Notes under the pieces: generated by a model | The model's input: only the letters and a program-made list of their open reading frames with translations | Database searches by the model: none | What the model was told of the DNA's origin: nothing | Assembly: GCA_964465205.1 (NCBI GenBank) | Contig: CAYXJO010000004.1 | Location: 9,671-73,670, forward strand | Reading direction: 5' to 3' | Origin: an uncultured Gammaproteobacteria bacterium | Lineage (GTDB): Bacteria; Patescibacteriota; Patescibacteriia; Magasanikbacterales; GWA2-37-8 | Length of the DNA stretch: 64,000 nt | Translations under genes and position numbers: made by a program | In this document: in pieces, positions 56,877 to 64,000 of the stretch | Numbering within the stretch: the first letter of the stretch is position 1 | How the letters are laid out: every line of letters starts with the position of its first letter

Positions 56877-59075
56877 TTATTTATTATTAGCGAGAATAAG
56901 TTTATTAGCGGTAACCAACTGAGCCAAGCGACTCGGTTCTGCAAAACGATGAGCATAATCAGATTCGGCCAGTGTTATTATTACGTATTGCTTTTTGGTC
57001 TTTTTGTCTTCTACAAGCATTACCAGATTCGCTCCTACTTCGTCGATATAACCGGTTTTACTGGCTAGGATATTGTATGTTAACTTTTTTTCGTGTAGCA
57101 AAAGATTGGTATTTTGTACGGTACGTTTGCCGATTTTAGGATCATAGGCCGTTTTAAAGGTATAAGAAGCTTTACCGGCGCTGCTTTTAATTATATCATT
57201 TTTCGTTACCTTGACAAATATCTTGAGTAGGTCGCGAGCGGTGGAGATATTCCTGGCATCAAGACCGGTCGGTTCAACGATTTGAGTATTGTCTGCGCCC
57301 CAATCGGCCAAACGTTCATTAATAGAAGCAATAAATGCTTTTTCGGTCAGTCCGCTATTTTGTGCGAGCAAGCGCGCAATGTTGTTGGTTGAAATTACCA
57401 GCGTTGAAACTAAAGCGTCCTCATTGAGGATCTTTTGTCCAGTTTTAATTTTCAGAGCATTACCTTCGGATGCGTATAGTTTGTCATTATAGGTGGTGGA
57501 TTTTTTTAAATCAAAATTTTGAGACAATGCTTCGTTCACGGTGAGTAATTTCGTCAAAGAGGCAATGGGGTATTTGGTGTCAATATTTTTTCCGGCGATA
57601 ATACGTCCGGTTGGGTATTCAGCGATGAGGTAAGCCGGTAGTTTGCTTTTGGCGGTATCGTATACTGTCGCTCCACTGTCGCCCAGGAATTTATCTTTGG
57701 CAGAGAGTAGTGAGCTGTTTAGGAATATCTGTTCACCATCGGGGATGCGTGTTGCCATAGCAAAATCTATATTTACAGCATTGGTTTTTTTGTAACCCAT
57801 GGTGTTGAATGTTTCACGGTCGGCAATCGGACGTTTTTTACCACCCTCCATCGTATAGTACTTATTGGCTTCAGCCAAATAGAGCAGAGTGCCGTCCTGA
57901 AAATCCACCGGTTCCATGGCAATGGTGAGCTTATTTAGTTCTTTGAGTGTATGCTTTTCAATAGACAGTTTTTTGAAATTAACATCGATAATAGCCTTGC
58001 TAATCGGTTTGGCAATACTGTCTTTTACATAAAAGTATGGTTGTTTGAGCTCTGCCACTTGATAAATTACCCCTTGAGGCGCAGTTGAACTAACTGTAAT
58101 AGTTTGACCGATTTTGTATCCGACAATGTCGGTATCAGTGACATCGATAATTTCGTCTGGATTGTACCCCATTTTTCGTACTACTTCGGCCGAGGCAAAA
58201 GGACGTAGGGTGTCATAGTCCAATAAATAAGTGGTAGCCGGTGTTTTTAGAATAGAATAATTGGGAAATGCTATATCCGGCCCGGCGGTATAATTGGACA
58301 ACTCACTGTCCGGTACAGTAATGGCCATTTTTGGGTCAATCCGAGTGACGAGCGCACTCATGTTTTTGAATTTACGCTTGTTGTTATTCGTAATCAACCA
58401 ATATTCACTAGTCGAGGCGGATTTGAGTAATGTGCCATTGGGATATGTTTGGCCGAACCATGTTTCCCAAATACGCCAAAAATTTTTGTTGCCATGCAAA
58501 TGAGGGGTATAGGTGTACAAAAACGCTGTCGCCCAGCTCTGGGGGGTGACCAAGGTATCGTCGATAGTAGTGGGTGTGTCTTTCTTTTTTACAAAACTTT
58601 TGTCGGTATTGTCATAGTACCAGCGCATGATGCCGGCGGCGTTATCCACCTGCTTATCAAAGCCTTGAAATGTTTGAATTTTGGGGTCGTCCATTGAACA
58701 ACTGTCACACACTGCATAACCAGCGGCCCAATCTAATTGTTTCTGGGTGGGGGAGTCATCAGTAACCAAACTCTGTTCTTTTTGCAAAGTGGCCAAAATA
58801 AACTTGGGGTTAATGTTGTAGTTCAGACCGGCTTCGTAGATAATATCGGCAGCGGATTTGGATGTACCGGTAGCGTCTGGAGCAGAGTAGTTGCGCAGAT
58901 AGCTACCGCGTAAATTTAAAAATTGTTGTACGTCGTGATTAGTCCAACTGCGGCTGTCCTGCACTTCGGCATCGGATATAATGAAATTGGGGTTGAAATC
59001 TGACTGAGCAAGGGCGAGGGTGGGGGCAAATGCCATTGCGCCAAACAACAAAATTGATAGGCCTTTTTTGAGCAT
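56877..59075 (-). CDS. Secreted multidomain protein with C-terminal D-Ala-D-Ala carboxypeptidase (S11)
   Basis: Signal peptide; N-terminal INP...LATLQKEQSL...LYTYTPH domain; IASLTKL, STN, PTGL, SKTGY. Confidence 0.85.
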   Translation of the reverse strand: MLKKGLSILLFGAMAFAPTLALAQSDFNPNFIISDAEVQDSRSWTNHDVQQFLNLRGSYLRNYSAPDATGTSKSAADIIYEAGLNYNINPKFILATLQKEQSLVTDDSPTQKQLDWAAGYAVCDSCSMDDPKIQTFQGFDKQVDNAAGIMRWYYDNTDKSFVKKKDTPTTIDDTLVTPQSWATAFLYTYTPHLHGNKNFWRIWETWFGQTYPNGTLLKSASTSEYWLITNNNKRKFKNMSALVTRIDPKMAITVPDSELSNYTAGPDIAFPNYSILKTPATTYLLDYDTLRPFASAEVVRKMGYNPDEIIDVTDTDIVGYKIGQTITVSSTAPQGVIYQVAELKQPYFYVKDSIAKPISKAIIDVNFKKLSIEKHTLKELNKLTIAMEPVDFQDGTLLYLAEANKYYTMEGGKKRPIADRETFNTMGYKKTNAVNIDFAMATRIPDGEQIFLNSSLLSAKDKFLGDSGATVYDTAKSKLPAYLIAEYPTGRIIAGKNIDTKYPIASLTKLLTVNEALSQNFDLKKSTTYNDKLYASEGNALKIKTGQKILNEDALVSTLVISTNNIARLLAQNSGLTEKAFIASINERLADWGADNTQIVEPTGLDARNISTARDLLKIFVKVTKNDIIKSSAGKASYTFKTAYDPKIGKRTVQNTNLLLHEKKLTYNILASKTGYIDEVGANLVMLVEDKKTKKQYVIITLAESDYAHRFAEPSRLAQLVTANKLILANNK

Positions 59076-59158
59076 ACTTGATAATATTTATTTGGTGGTA
59101 TTATAACACGATTTTGAGTAAATATATAGTAGCGAAGTGTTAATTAGATAGTCTCTCC

Positions 59159-59205
59159 TTGACAAAGTCAGTGTTTTGTGTTACAATGTCATGTCTTGTT
59201 CTTTG
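59159..59205 (+). promoter_or_regulatory. Cassette promoter plus boxA-like motif
   Basis: TTGACA-17-TACAAT with TGT extension; TGTTCTTTG at 59197-59205. Confidence 0.8.
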
Positions 59206-59280
59206 CTAACTGACTGAGTTATGCCGTGCCATGGTGGTTCGGTATCGAATAATAACAACAAACGAGAAACGAGGTTTTAG

Positions 59281-59781
59281 ATGAGAAAAGCTCTGTGTCT
59301 TTTGATAGGGATGGTTATTCTGGGCACCATCGGTTGCGCTGCCAGCACCAACGAACCGTCTTACGCGGAAAAAGTCTTGGGGGGCACCCACGAACTGCGA
59401 AAGATGGTGGAACGGCAGGGTAGTCAGACCACTACTTCCAGCAGCTTCTTCTTGGTCGTAGGCAGTATGACCCAGACTCAAACTGCCGAAACCCTGATCA
59501 AATTCTCCTGGAAGATGAATGACGGCACCTACGCTATTTCATCTCTGCCTCTGGAGAAAATTCGCGTTCGGATCGACGAAACCGCAACGTCGCCTACCGC
59601 TCAGTTTCGCTGGCGGCCGTGGCGCGGCGGTTGCCTGTGCCGCACTGCGATCCCAGAACTTCAGACGCTAATGGACAACAACGTTGTTTACATGCTTCTG
59701 AACGTGAGATCGGCCGATTGGCCGGTACAGGTCAGCCTTCCGCTCAACGAAAACAAGGCGGAATTCATCCCGTCAAAGTAA
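59281..59781 (+). CDS. Predicted lipoprotein, orphan (SD-led cassette)
   Basis: GAGGT SD; lipobox GTIG-C; more GC-rich codons; terminator at 59824-59846. Confidence 0.8.
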   Translation: MRKALCLLIGMVILGTIGCAASTNEPSYAEKVLGGTHELRKMVERQGSQTTTSSSFFLVVGSMTQTQTAETLIKFSWKMNDGTYAISSLPLEKIRVRIDETATSPTAQFRWRPWRGGCLCRTAIPELQTLMDNNVVYMLLNVRSADWPVQVSLPLNENKAEFIPSK

Positions 59782-59847
59782 AGTGTGGCGAAAAATTCAA
59801 AGGACTGAGCAGGCCGACTGCTTCCGCCAGCAATGGCGGTTTTTTTA

Positions 59848-59915
59848 TTGACCAACAGTGTAATTTGTGCTAGGGTTATTTCAAAGACAGATCTTTTTAC
59901 AATCTTGCCAGGAGG
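59848..59915 (+). promoter_or_regulatory. Cassette promoter, boxA-like motif and SD
   Basis: TTGACC-17-TAGGGT with TGC extension; GATCTTTTTACAA; AGGAGG. Confidence 0.6.
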
Positions 59916-59921
59916 TCGAGA

Positions 59922-60530
59922 ATGGATATAAAAGCGATTTTAGCGATGATGCGCGTGGTTATGGACCTCAAGAAAGTTAAACGTGCGGGCTGGAACCGTA
60001 AGGCCCAGAAAGGTGGCACCTCTAAGACGAGGAAAGTTAAGGACCTTGAAAGCGTGGCCGACCATACGTACAGCACTGTCATGTTGGCGATGTGGTTGTT
60101 GCCCCAACTGGGTTACGTAATGGCGGAAAATCAGCTCAAAATTATCAAGATGCTGCTTATCCATGATTTGCCAGAAAGTCTGTTGGGAAAAGATCAGATT
60201 GTTTACGACAAAGACGATCGCATCAATTTGACTTTATCCCAGCAAAAGAAACTAATGGAACGAAAAGCCTTGCGTCAATTCTTGATAGCGGTCAAAGCAC
60301 CTGCGGAATACTGGGATTTGTACGTTGAGTTTGACGACAATAAAAGTCGGATGGCTCAACTCGCGCATCAACTCGACAAACTCGATGCGGTACTCCAGGC
60401 TCACCATTACGCCAAGATGCGCGAACAATCTCGGCCGGAAGAATTTTTGGCCGCAGCCAAACTCGTGATCACCGATCCGGTGTTGGTTGAGTTGTTGGAC
60501 AAAATTCCTGGGTTCTACAGCGAGCTTTAA
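59922..60530 (+). CDS. HD-domain hydrolase (YfbR/HDDC2 5'-deoxynucleotidase-like)
   Basis: LK.V.RAGW, ESVADH, LIHDLPE, DKLD. Confidence 0.85.
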   Translation: MDIKAILAMMRVVMDLKKVKRAGWNRKAQKGGTSKTRKVKDLESVADHTYSTVMLAMWLLPQLGYVMAENQLKIIKMLLIHDLPESLLGKDQIVYDKDDRINLTLSQQKKLMERKALRQFLIAVKAPAEYWDLYVEFDDNKSRMAQLAHQLDKLDAVLQAHHYAKMREQSRPEEFLAAAKLVITDPVLVELLDKIPGFYSEL

Positions 60531-60549
60531 GGATTGGCACACTAACCAC

Positions 60550-60623
60550 GGCGCTCTTCGGAGCGCCTGTTTTATTTTGAATTTATTGACAAAAAAACAA
60601 CCCCACTTTGGAGTTGTTTTTTT
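60550..60623. terminator. Two terminators (cUUCGg hairpin for the HD gene; A/T-flanked hairpin for clpB)
   Basis: ggcgctc-ttcg-gagcgcc-tgtttt, and aaaaaaacaacccca-ctt-tggagttgttttttt. Confidence 0.75.
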
Positions 60624-60629
60624 ATGTTA

Positions 60630-63257
60630 TTATTTTACTATAATTTTACCCTTATCCACCCCCACTTTTACTTTTTGTCCGTCGTGTATCTTGCTTTCGA
60701 TGATTTTCAGCGCCAATTGATCGAGAATTTCATTTTGTATCAAGCGTTTGAGTGGCCGTGCGCCAAAATCTGGATTAAATCCTTCTTTGGCTAAATATTT
60801 TTTTGCGTTTGCGTCAACTTCTAGGGTAATTTTACGTTCATTGAGACGGACTTGAACATTTTGTAATTGTAAGTCAATTATACTTTCTATATGTTTTTCC
60901 GAAAGAGAGTGAAAAATAACAATTTCGTCGATACGATTGAGGAACTCCGGCTTAAACGATTCATGGAGCATATCCATGATTTTTTCATTAACTCCGTCCT
61001 CGTTTTTTTTGCGATTCAGTTTTTGACCAAAACCCAGTTCGCCTTTTTTGTTGTAATCCAAAATTGTTTGACTACCAATATTGCTAGTCATGATAATTAC
61101 GGTGTTTTTGAAGTTCACCGAGCGTCCTTTGGAATCCGTCACTTTACCTTCGTCCAAAATTTGCAACAAAATATTGAATACATCTGGATGAGCTTTTTCA
61201 ATTTCGTCAAATAATATTACCGAATATGGTTTGCGACGAACTATTTCTGTGAGTTGTCCACCCTCATCGTAGCCTACGTATCCGGGCGGGGAGCCGACGA
61301 TTTTGCTTACACTGTGTTTTTCCATATACTCACTCATATCTACGCGCACCAGAGAATCCTCGGTGTTGAACATAAATTCTGCCAATGCTTTGGCCAGCTC
61401 GGTTTTGCCCACACCGGTTGGCCCCAGGAACATAAATGACCCGATAGGACGATTAGGTTCGGAGATGCCGGCACGATTGCGACGAATGGCATTGGCGATG
61501 GCAGCGATGGCTTCTTCTTGCCCAATCACACGTCCACCAAGCTCCTTTTCCATGTCTGCTAGTTTGGAGGTTTCACTTTTGAGCATTTTAGATACTGGTA
61601 TACCGGTCCAGCGCGATACCACCGTGGCGATATCTTCTTCAGTAACTTCTTCTTTTAAAATGCCACGCTTTTTTTGTAAATCTAATAATTTTTTTTCATC
61701 ATTACGAATTTCACCCTCGAGTAAGGGGATTTTGCCATAGCGAATTTCGGCTACTTTTTGTAAATCACCTTTGCGTTCTTCGATGTCGGCTTGTTGTTTG
61801 AGACTATCGATCTCACGCTTACGTTCGTGAATACGAGTGATTACTTCTTTTTCGTTTTTCCAGCGCGCTTCTAGTTCGGAAGATTTTTCTTTTAGATCGG
61901 CTAGATCTTTTTCCAATTTAAGCAACCGAGCTTTGGAATCTTCATCACTTTCTTTTTTAAGCGCGCGTTTTTCAATTTCGTATTTAATTTCTTGGCGTTT
62001 CATTTTGTCCAATTCTTCCGGCATAGAGTTAATTTCTAGGCGCAGAGCTGAGGCTGCTTCGTCGATAAGATCGATAGCTTTGTCCGGCAAAAAGCGATCA
62101 CTAATATAACGGTCAGATAATTTGACTGCGGCCACCAGTGCCGGATCGGTAATGCGTACACCGTGATGAACTTCGTATTTTTCTTTGATACCACGCAATA
62201 TGGCTATCGCGTCATCGAAAGACGGTTCTACTACCAGTACCGGTTGGAAACGGCGTTCCAAAGCAGCGTCTTTTTCAATGTGTTTTTGGTATTCTTTTAG
62301 AGTGGTAGCGCCAATACAATGTAATTCACCGCGCGCTAGCATGGGTTTGAGCATGTTGGAGGCGTCCATCGATCCTTCGCTGGCGCCCGCTCCCACAATG
62401 GTATGTAGTTCGTCAATAAATAAAATTATTTTACCACCGCTGGCATTTACTTCTTTGAGTACTGCTTTGAGACGTTCTTCAAATTCACCGCGAAATTTGG
62501 TGCCGGCAAGTAAAGAGCCAATATCCAAAGTGACTACTTCTTTGTTGCGTAGAGATTCTGGGACATCACCGTTTACAATCCGTTGTGCTAATCCTTCGGC
62601 CACAGCGGTTTTGCCCACACCTGGTTCGCCGATTAGTACGGGATTATTTTTGGTACGGCGAGAAAGTATTTGCATTACACGGCGAATTTCATCGTCACGA
62701 CCAATTACCGGATCGATTTTTTCTTTGCGAGCAAGATCGGTAAGATTTTTACTGTATTTTTCAAGAGCATTATATTTACCCTCTGGGTCAGGGGAGTCCA
62801 CTCGTTGGTTGCCACGGATGGTGGCTAGTGCTTTTAGAGCTACTTCGTATTGAACACCAGATTTGTTCAATAGTTCACTAATTGGATTTTTGCCGGTCAG
62901 GAATGCTAAAAATAAGTGTTCAACACTAATATACTCATCACCCATGCGTTGCGCTTCTTGGGTAGCGGCTTGGAAAATATGCAGCATTGACTGGCTAAGC
63001 ATTACTTGTCCTAAATTGCCCTGAGGCGCATTTTTAGCTTTTGGCAACTGGTCGATTAATGCTTGTATATCGGCACGTAGAGAAATTAGGTTGGTGTTGA
63101 GTTTTTGCAGAATAGAAACCACAATACCTTCGTCATCTTCGAGAAAAGCAAAAAACAAATGAGGTGGTTCCACCTGGGTTTGACGATTATCGAAAGCAAT
63201 GTGAGCAGCCTCTTGAATTGTTTCTTGAGCGCGATTGGTAAAATTTTGTGGTTGCAT
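60630..63257 (-). CDS. clpB: Chaperone ClpB
   Basis: Clp N domain, GEPGVGKT, long middle coiled coil, [27 protein letters not shown]. Confidence 0.97.
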   Translation of the reverse strand: MQPQNFTNRAQETIQEAAHIAFDNRQTQVEPPHLFFAFLEDDEGIVVSILQKLNTNLISLRADIQALIDQLPKAKNAPQGNLGQVMLSQSMLHIFQAATQEAQRMGDEYISVEHLFLAFLTGKNPISELLNKSGVQYEVALKALATIRGNQRVDSPDPEGKYNALEKYSKNLTDLARKEKIDPVIGRDDEIRRVMQILSRRTKNNPVLIGEPGVGKTAVAEGLAQRIVNGDVPESLRNKEVVTLDIGSLLAGTKFRGEFEERLKAVLKEVNASGGKIILFIDELHTIVGAGASEGSMDASNMLKPMLARGELHCIGATTLKEYQKHIEKDAALERRFQPVLVVEPSFDDAIAILRGIKEKYEVHHGVRITDPALVAAVKLSDRYISDRFLPDKAIDLIDEAASALRLEINSMPEELDKMKRQEIKYEIEKRALKKESDEDSKARLLKLEKDLADLKEKSSELEARWKNEKEVITRIHERKREIDSLKQQADIEERKGDLQKVAEIRYGKIPLLEGEIRNDEKKLLDLQKKRGILKEEVTEEDIATVVSRWTGIPVSKMLKSETSKLADMEKELGGRVIGQEEAIAAIANAIRRNRAGISEPNRPIGSFMFLGPTGVGKTELAKALAEFMFNTEDSLVRVDMSEYMEKHSVSKIVGSPPGYVGYDEGGQLTEIVRRKPYSVILFDEIEKAHPDVFNILLQILDEGKVTDSKGRSVNFKNTVIIMTSNIGSQTILDYNKKGELGFGQKLNRKKNEDGVNEKIMDMLHESFKPEFLNRIDEIVIFHSLSEKHIESIIDLQLQNVQVRLNERKITLEVDANAKKYLAKEGFNPDFGARPLKRLIQNEILDQLALKIIESKIHDGQKVKVGVDKGKIIVK

Positions 63258-63272
63258 AGTAATTTTAGATGT

Positions 63273-63328
63273 TTATCACTCTATGTATGAGAGTGATAAT
63301 ATTTTATCATACTTGACCAAGTTGTCAA
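63273..63328 (-). promoter_or_regulatory. CIRCE-like operator and clpB promoter
   Basis: TTATCACTC-N9-GAGTGATAA (63273-63299) directly downstream of TTGACA-16-TAAAAT. Confidence 0.8.
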
Positions 63329-63400
63329 GTTCAGCTAGTATTATAGCGAAAATGGCTAAAAATAGACATGGATCTTTGACAGGAGAAAGGGGATATATCA

Positions 63401-64000
63401 ATGAGTAAAAAAGAAATGGCGGGCTGGGGAGGCCCCTGGATTTTTTTTCGGGAACTTTGTCGAAGTTGGTTTCATCGATCGCCTGGTCTGGTAGGCTTCT
63501 GGCTGCTGATGGTGCTGAAATATACGCCCATTGAACTCACCAAAGTATTCGTGGGCGTGGCCGTACCAGTACTACTGGCCGAATATGTGCGTCTACGGCT
63601 CGATCGTTGGCGAGTGGTGTTGGCAGTGGAGCCGGAAAAAAAGAAAGAGTACTTGAGTGCTCTTGATCAGTTCTTCAACACTGAAGTAAACAAGTTGACA
63701 TTGGGAAAACGTACCTTGGATCTGGTATTGCGCATCGCGCAGTATCTGAACAATGTATGGGGACCAAAGTTCCTCTCTCGGCCAAGCGAACGTTACACCT
63801 ATACCGCCATGAGTAAATCAGTGGCCGGATTTGCCTTTGCATGGTCGCTCACGTGGTATTTGCCGCATTGGATTCCCGGGATGGTGTGCCTGTATTTCGC
63901 TTTTGTAGACACCAGCGCGAAGTGGGGTTTACATTTGCCAATCAAAAAAATTGGTTGGAAAAACACAGGCAACAAATCCTGGGGAGGCCTATTCTTTGGT
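63401..64000 (+). CDS. CTP-dependent diacylglycerol/polyprenol kinase-like membrane protein, 3'-truncated (absent from the ORF track)
   Basis: 200 open codons MSKKEMAG...; R..FH, E.VRL, R.SE, D..A..G and GNKSWGG motifs; GATCTTTGACA boxA-like motif and AGGAG/AAGGGG SD upstream. Confidence 0.7.
   Translation, partial: MSKKEMAGWGGPWIFFRELCRSWFHRSPGLVGFWLLMVLKYTPIELTKVFVGVAVPVLLAEYVRLRLDRWRVVLAVEPEKKKEYLSALDQFFNTEVNKLTLGKRTLDLVLRIAQYLNNVWGPKFLSRPSERYTYTAMSKSVAGFAFAWSLTWYLPHWIPGMVCLYFAFVDTSAKWGLHLPIKKIGWKNTGNKSWGGLFFG

Overview
This window looks like AT-rich chromosomal DNA of a Patescibacteria (CPR) bacterium, most likely the ABY1/Magasanikbacteria-like group. That assignment is inferred from gene content and style, not from a marker gene; the genetic code is standard code 11. 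Core content: two giant hypothetical proteins, surface-glycosylation genes (O-antigen ligases, GT2/GT4/GT-C, radical SAM), peptidoglycan genes (mpl, mraY, murB, murF, a class B PBP, an S11 peptidase), hpf, tkt, a P-type ATPase, gpsA, fmt/def, tRNA-Glu(CTC) and clpB with a CIRCE variant. The main hidden pattern is two classes of genes. Housekeeping genes start from AT-rich regions with no Shine-Dalgarno (SD) sequence. About 15 interspersed orphan or accessory genes carry an SD, and most sit in self-contained cassettes: sigma70 promoter, boxA-like motif, SD, ORF, own terminator. The clearest case is a GC-rich four-gene island (9.7-17.1 kb) encoding a coiled-coil membrane protein, a beta-barrel-like protein and two Cys-rich/DGD-repeat lipoproteins. 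Its AT-rich spacers share a conserved G-U-containing hairpin. One speculative reading is cargo formatted for a host's translation machinery; ordinary horizontal transfer is the alternative. Also found: an unannotated LysW-like 54-aa protein near ATP-grasp, PLP, Mur-ligase and aa-tRNA-transferase-like genes; covarying structured repeats flanking an O-antigen ligase gene in inverted orientation; an O-antigen ligase-Nudix fusion; and two decaying cassette genes.
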